DNA from: an uncultured Nitrososphaerota archaeon
GTDB lineage: Archaea > Thermoproteota > Nitrososphaeria > Nitrososphaerales > Gagatemarchaeaceae
NCBI GenBank assembly: GCA_963718895.1
Contig: CAVRAG010000008.1
Span: 576,001-640,000, forward strand
Length of the DNA stretch: 64,000 nt
Reading direction: 5' to 3'
In this document: positions 60,030 to 64,000 of the stretch, in pieces
Layout of the letters: each line of letters begins with the position of its first letter
How positions within the stretch are numbered: the stretch's first letter is position 1
The notes under the pieces: generated by a model
Told to the model about the DNA's origin: nothing
The model's input: only the letters and a program-made list of their open reading frames with translations
Database searches by the model: none
Made by a program: the position numbers and the translations under genes

Positions 60030-61538
60030 TCAGAGGCCTCCGAGCGGCAGGGTGCTCGCGTAGTGATAGAGGAACCTGAAGAAGAGGTCAGGGTAGATCC
60101 CGATAACAATCGACAGTCCGGCTAGGAAGAGGAGCGGCACCGTCATCGTGAGAGGAGCCTCCTTGACCTGGGCGAGCTCGGCAGGCAGCGCGCCGAAGAA
60201 CATCCGGCGGAGAGGCCAGAACGTGTACGCCACTGTGAGGATCGTCGCCGCGATGCCGAAGATCGCGACCACGAAACTCCAGCCGAGCGGACCGGTTGTG
60301 CCGCGGCTGAAGACCCCGGCGAAGAGAATCCACTCGCCCTGGAATCCGCCCGTGGGCGGGACGGCCGAGAGTATCATCGACCCGAGGACGCACAGGGTGG
60401 CGGTCACCGGCATTCTGGCCGCCAGACCACCCATCTTCCGCATGTCCCTCGTGCCTACTTGGCTGATCAGGATGCCCGCGACGCAGAAGAGTATCGTCTT
60501 GCCGATGATGTGGTTAAGGAAGTAGAAAATCCCGCCCGAGACCCCGAGGAGGCTGAGGCTGCCTATCCCGAGCAACGAGTACGCGTTCTGACTAATCGTC
60601 GACCAGGCATAGAGGTACTTGACGTCGTTCTGGACCATCGTTAGAGCCCCTCCGTAGACCATGGTGATGAGGGCCACCACCATCAGCGGGAACGCGAACG
60701 GGGCGAAGATGGTTGGCATCCCCTGCACCAGCAGCCTCACCACGACGTAGTTCCCGACCCCTACGATGGTCACGATGAACGGAGCGAACGAGGTGGGGTG
60801 CTCCGCGTGGGCGGTGGGGAGCCACATGTGGACACCGAAGACTGCCATCTTGACCAGCCAGCCGAGAAGTATCAGCCCGGCGGCCCAGTAGGCGACGGTG
60901 CCGGGTTGCAGTTTCCCGAGGGCGGATATCTCGAAGCTTCCCGTACCTACGTACGCGAGTATTATCCCTGCGAAGAAGACGAAAGCTCCGATGTGGTTCC
61001 AGATGAAGTACATTATCGCAGTTCTCTCCTTGTTCGTGTAGCCGAAGAGGGCGACCATGAACGCTGATGGGATCAGCATGAGCTCCACGAAGAGGTAGAG
61101 CTCGATCAGGTTCGTCGCGAGCGCGACGCCGATCAGCCCGGCATCAAGAAGCATGAAGTTGATGAAGTAGAGGGAGTACTGGCTTTTCTTCTCCTCCCCG
61201 TACATCGCCTCCAGTCTGTGCTTCATGTAGTCCATGGAGTAGATGGCGGTCGTCGCGACTACGATGTTCATCACGAGCGCGACCGGGAGGCTCAGGTTGT
61301 CCGCGAGGAACCCGAAGTTAAGGCCCGCGATGGGCGCCCAGACATAGTTCTCGGTGACCTGCGCGCCGCCGTTGAAGAGTCCGGTGCCGACCGAGACCAT
61401 GAGAATCGTCGTGTAGAGGAGAGACCCGAAGGCTATCCAACCCACCTTCTTCCCCATGCGACCACCCAAGAAGAAGACAACCGCCGCGAACACCAGAGGA
61501 ACGGCCACCATCTGGAGGAGGACGTAGGGAATCGTCAA
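60030..61538 (-). CDS. nuoM: Complex I subunit M, first copy
   Basis: ADNLS, FVELMLIP, KMAVFGVHMWLPTAHAEHPT. Confidence 0.85.
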   Translation of the reverse strand: MTIPYVLLQMVAVPLVFAAVVFFLGGRMGKKVGWIAFGSLLYTTILMVSVGTGLFNGGAQVTENYVWAPIAGLNFGFLADNLSLPVALVMNIVVATTAIYSMDYMKHRLEAMYGEEKKSQYSLYFINFMLLDAGLIGVALATNLIELYLFVELMLIPSAFMVALFGYTNKERTAIMYFIWNHIGAFVFFAGIILAYVGTGSFEISALGKLQPGTVAYWAAGLILLGWLVKMAVFGVHMWLPTAHAEHPTSFAPFIVTIVGVGNYVVVRLLVQGMPTIFAPFAFPLMVVALITMVYGGALTMVQNDVKYLYAWSTISQNAYSLLGIGSLSLLGVSGGIFYFLNHIIGKTILFCVAGILISQVGTRDMRKMGGLAARMPVTATLCVLGSMILSAVPPTGGFQGEWILFAGVFSRGTTGPLGWSFVVAIFGIAATILTVAYTFWPLRRMFFGALPAELAQVKEAPLTMTVPLLFLAGLSIVIGIYPDLFFRFLYHYASTLPLGGL

Positions 61539-61614
61539 TCAGGTCGGCTCCTCATGGATGCCGCTGCAGTCGCTCCCCGCGAGACGATATCCCAGTCGAA
61601 GGCCTGGAACGTCT

Positions 61615-61920
61615 TCAGCCTCCCAGTTTCTTCAGCTCGCTCACGTTGACATCGTCGTGCAGCCTGTAGGCGACGACGACTATGGCGAGGATCACGGCCG
61701 CTTCCGACGCGGCCAGGGCGATCGAGAAGAGGACTATGGTCTGGCCCAGCGCGTCGGGCCAGAGGAACCGGTTGAAGGCGACGAAGTTGATGTTCGCGGC
61801 GTTGATCAGCATCTCGACAGAGAAGACAAGGCGCATCGCGTTCTTCTTCGTCGCGAGGCCGTAGACGCCCACAGCGAAGAGGGCTGCGGAGACCATGAGG
61901 TAGTCTATCAGCGGGATCAT
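61615..61920 (-). CDS. nuoK: Complex I subunit K
   Basis: SVEMLINAANINFV, AASEAA. Confidence 0.95.
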   Translation of the reverse strand: MIPLIDYLMVSAALFAVGVYGLATKKNAMRLVFSVEMLINAANINFVAFNRFLWPDALGQTIVLFSIALAASEAAVILAIVVVAYRLHDDVNVSELKKLGG

Positions 61921-62426
61921 GGTTCTCCCTTCCTCTCGACCTTCGCCAGCATCATGGCGCCGAGTATCCCTGCGGCGAGCACGAGCGCGAGGAGCTCCAG
62001 CGCAGGCGCGAACGGTCCGGCGATGAATCTGCCGATCCCGACGAAGGTCGGTGCGGTCGTCTGCTCCACCGCTCCCAGGAAGCTGGAAGCAACAAAGGCG
62101 AGTATCAGTGACGAGGCCAGAGCGAGAGCAGTCAGGAGGCCGATGACCTGCTGCCAAGAGCCGAGGGAGTCGCGCATCCACCTGCCTTCTCGGACCAGCA
62201 TGACCGTGAAGAGGATCAGGACCGCGACCGCGCCGATGTAGACCGTTATCTGGAAGACCGCCACGAACGGCGCGTCGAGCAGGAAGAAGATCCCGGCGAC
62301 ACCGAAGAAGCTGAACGCCAGCCCGATCGCCCCGTAGACGATTTCGCGCGCTTCGAGCGCTGTGATCGCGCCGCCGATAGTCGCCACGATCATGGCGAAG
62401 AAGGTTATCTCGGTGAGGTCAACCAT
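61917..62426 (-). CDS. nuoJ: Complex I subunit J
   Basis: QITVYIGAVAVLILFTVML. Confidence 0.95.
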   Translation of the reverse strand: MVDLTEITFFAMIVATIGGAITALEAREIVYGAIGLAFSFFGVAGIFFLLDAPFVAVFQITVYIGAVAVLILFTVMLVREGRWMRDSLGSWQQVIGLLTALALASSLILAFVASSFLGAVEQTTAPTFVGIGRFIAGPFAPALELLALVLAAGILGAMMLAKVERKGEP

Positions 62427-64000
62427 GGGTCACGTTCCCCTTCTTGGGGTCGATCTTCGCCTTGTATGTCCCCGTAGGCCTCGGCGGGCGGAAGAGCATC
62501 TCGGGAGTATACTTGAGGCTCGCTCTGTCGTAGGCTGCCATTTCGTAGTGGTTGGTCATCACCGAGCGCGTCAAAAGGACAGGCGTCGACGCAGTTTGAT
62601 GTCGCCAAGCCCAATGGCGCGAATGTATGGTCTTCCTGCACGGTCACGTCCATCACCCGATAGTTAGCGACGTCAAGTCGTTCGATTCTCCTAATCGGTA
62701 GATACACGTAATCACACGTCAAATGGAATTTGTCGACAAACTTCGTCGGATGGTAATCGAATTCTACTTTCCACAAGTTGGCTAAACGAACAGCCCACCT
62801 ACCAAATGCATTAACATGATAGGATGGCAATCTTTCCTCTTGGTCCTCGCGCTCAATCAAGCCAACTATTCCCAGCATGGCCAAGATAGACTGCTCTTGA
62901 AATGCGAGAACTCTGGATGAGGTTCTGAAGTTGATGTATTTTTGCCGAGGTTGCTGAACCCTGCAACCATCTCCCAACCATATTCCTTTCATCAGCTCAA
63001 GGAGTTTGGATCGTTCGGAGTGGAAGACCCAATCTGTAATCTTCTTGTTTTCTGCTCCTCTTCCAAACTGTGAAAAGAACTTAACGGCCAACACGGAATG
63101 CAGGACTACGTTTACTCGATTGCCTCCAAGGTGGGCCACCGTGCATCCCTTTCCGAAGAATTCCTTTGAGAGCGAATCGATATCCTTTGAAATGGTCGTT
63201 TCGTTCTTGTGTAGACTAAATCGAACAGAATACTCGTCACAAGAACCTTCTGCGATAAAGTATCCAATCAGCCTGAAAAGATTCTGATTCGCCTCCAGTA
63301 CAAGGTGCTTCGTTCTATTTCCCGGACCAAATGGAATGTCCGCTTCGTATCTATCGACACCGACCGTCTTCTTCACAATCGGGTTGACAAGGTAATCTCC
63401 CGCCTTGAGGCCCTCTGGTAGAATCATGAGGAGAGGCTCCAGTGTCTTTAGTAGCCTTCCATCTTTGCGATTCCCACGGGGTCGAGAGACGGCTAAGATC
63501 CTATGATCTTTGGTACATACGAGAGGTTCGGGCTTCCCATAAACGTAGATCTTGTAGAGCGGTCCTGTGTACGTCATGTCCCAGACCTTGGTCACCGGCT
63601 TGTAAGTTCCAGCATGGGTCAGAACCATCTGTCCGACTTGTATCTGACTTATAGGAGTAAAGCCGAGATTTGTTTGAACGTATGTCTCAGAATCTACGCA
63701 TAATCCGCAGTACACACATCTCCCGTAGTCAACCGCGGGCCAGATGTTCTTCTTGTTGTGCGGCCGGTCGAGCTTGACCTCCTGCATCTCTATCGCCACG
63801 GCGATGCCGTCGCAGGCTATGGCGCAGAGCTGGCAGCCCGTGCACTTGTCTTCTATGAGGAGGTGCCGTCCCTTGAAGCCTGGCCTGCCTGTTCCCGACT
63901 TGGCGTCGAACTGGTAACCGGGACCTTCGAGGTCGAGCTTCTGCTCGGGGTAGCGTAGGGTCATCCTCGGCTTGAAGAGGTGCCTCACACCCGACCAGAA
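62419..64000 (-). CDS. nuoI: Complex I subunit I with intein; 5' end beyond window; +1 frameshift at ~62562
   Basis: TLRYPE, CTGCQLCAIAC, DYGRCVYCGL-[intein]-CVDACPFDAL. Confidence 0.9.
62594..63700 (-). mobile_element. Intein (369 aa) with LAGLIDADG homing endonuclease
   Basis: Block A CVDSET, block B CTKDH, LIGYFIAEG and GIWLGDG, block F VMDVTV, terminal SN followed by Cys+1; AT-richer than flanks. Confidence 0.92.

Noticed and set aside
1-64000. CRISPR array, cas genes, rRNA
   Set aside because: No regularly spaced repeats or rRNA-like sequence seen by eye.

Overview
GC-rich archaeal DNA. The intron-containing tRNA, HTH-10 regulator, archaeal-type integrase and nuoIJK-M-L-M-N order suggest a non-ammonia-oxidising Nitrososphaerota/Thaumarchaeota-like organism (inference). 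In order, the window holds: (1) a glycosylation/heptose block (GT2, GT-B, HddA-like kinase, GmhA, transaldolase, two epimerases); (2) an unexplained isoprenoid/lipid cluster (SRPBCC, flavoprotein reductase, beta-rich Cys protein, SCP2, CrtC/AttH-like protein, extra polyprenyl synthase); (3) a complete coproporphyrin-dependent haem pathway (hemA C D B Q L E H, an AhbD-like radical SAM, divergent hemY); (4) a Tat phosphoesterase, a cupredoxin, a TRASH-like protein and an OsmC / acyl-CoA dehydrogenase / PhnD-like / MetE-like cassette; (5) two paralogous Tat-exported xanthine-oxidase-family molybdoenzyme operons, each followed by a DUF5678-like gene and two degenerate retropepsins, with two MocA paralogues and an orphan cytochrome b between them; both operons and the cytochrome b gene share a CCCGAA-N4-TTCGGG palindrome; (6) a small integrated element at a two-intron tRNA-Glu; (7) a polyprenyl synthase and a 2M-type complex I operon whose NuoI carries a LAGLIDADG intein inside an Fe-S motif. 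Several genes carry single +1 insertions that look like sequencing errors. All family calls come from motif recognition; no database searches were run.
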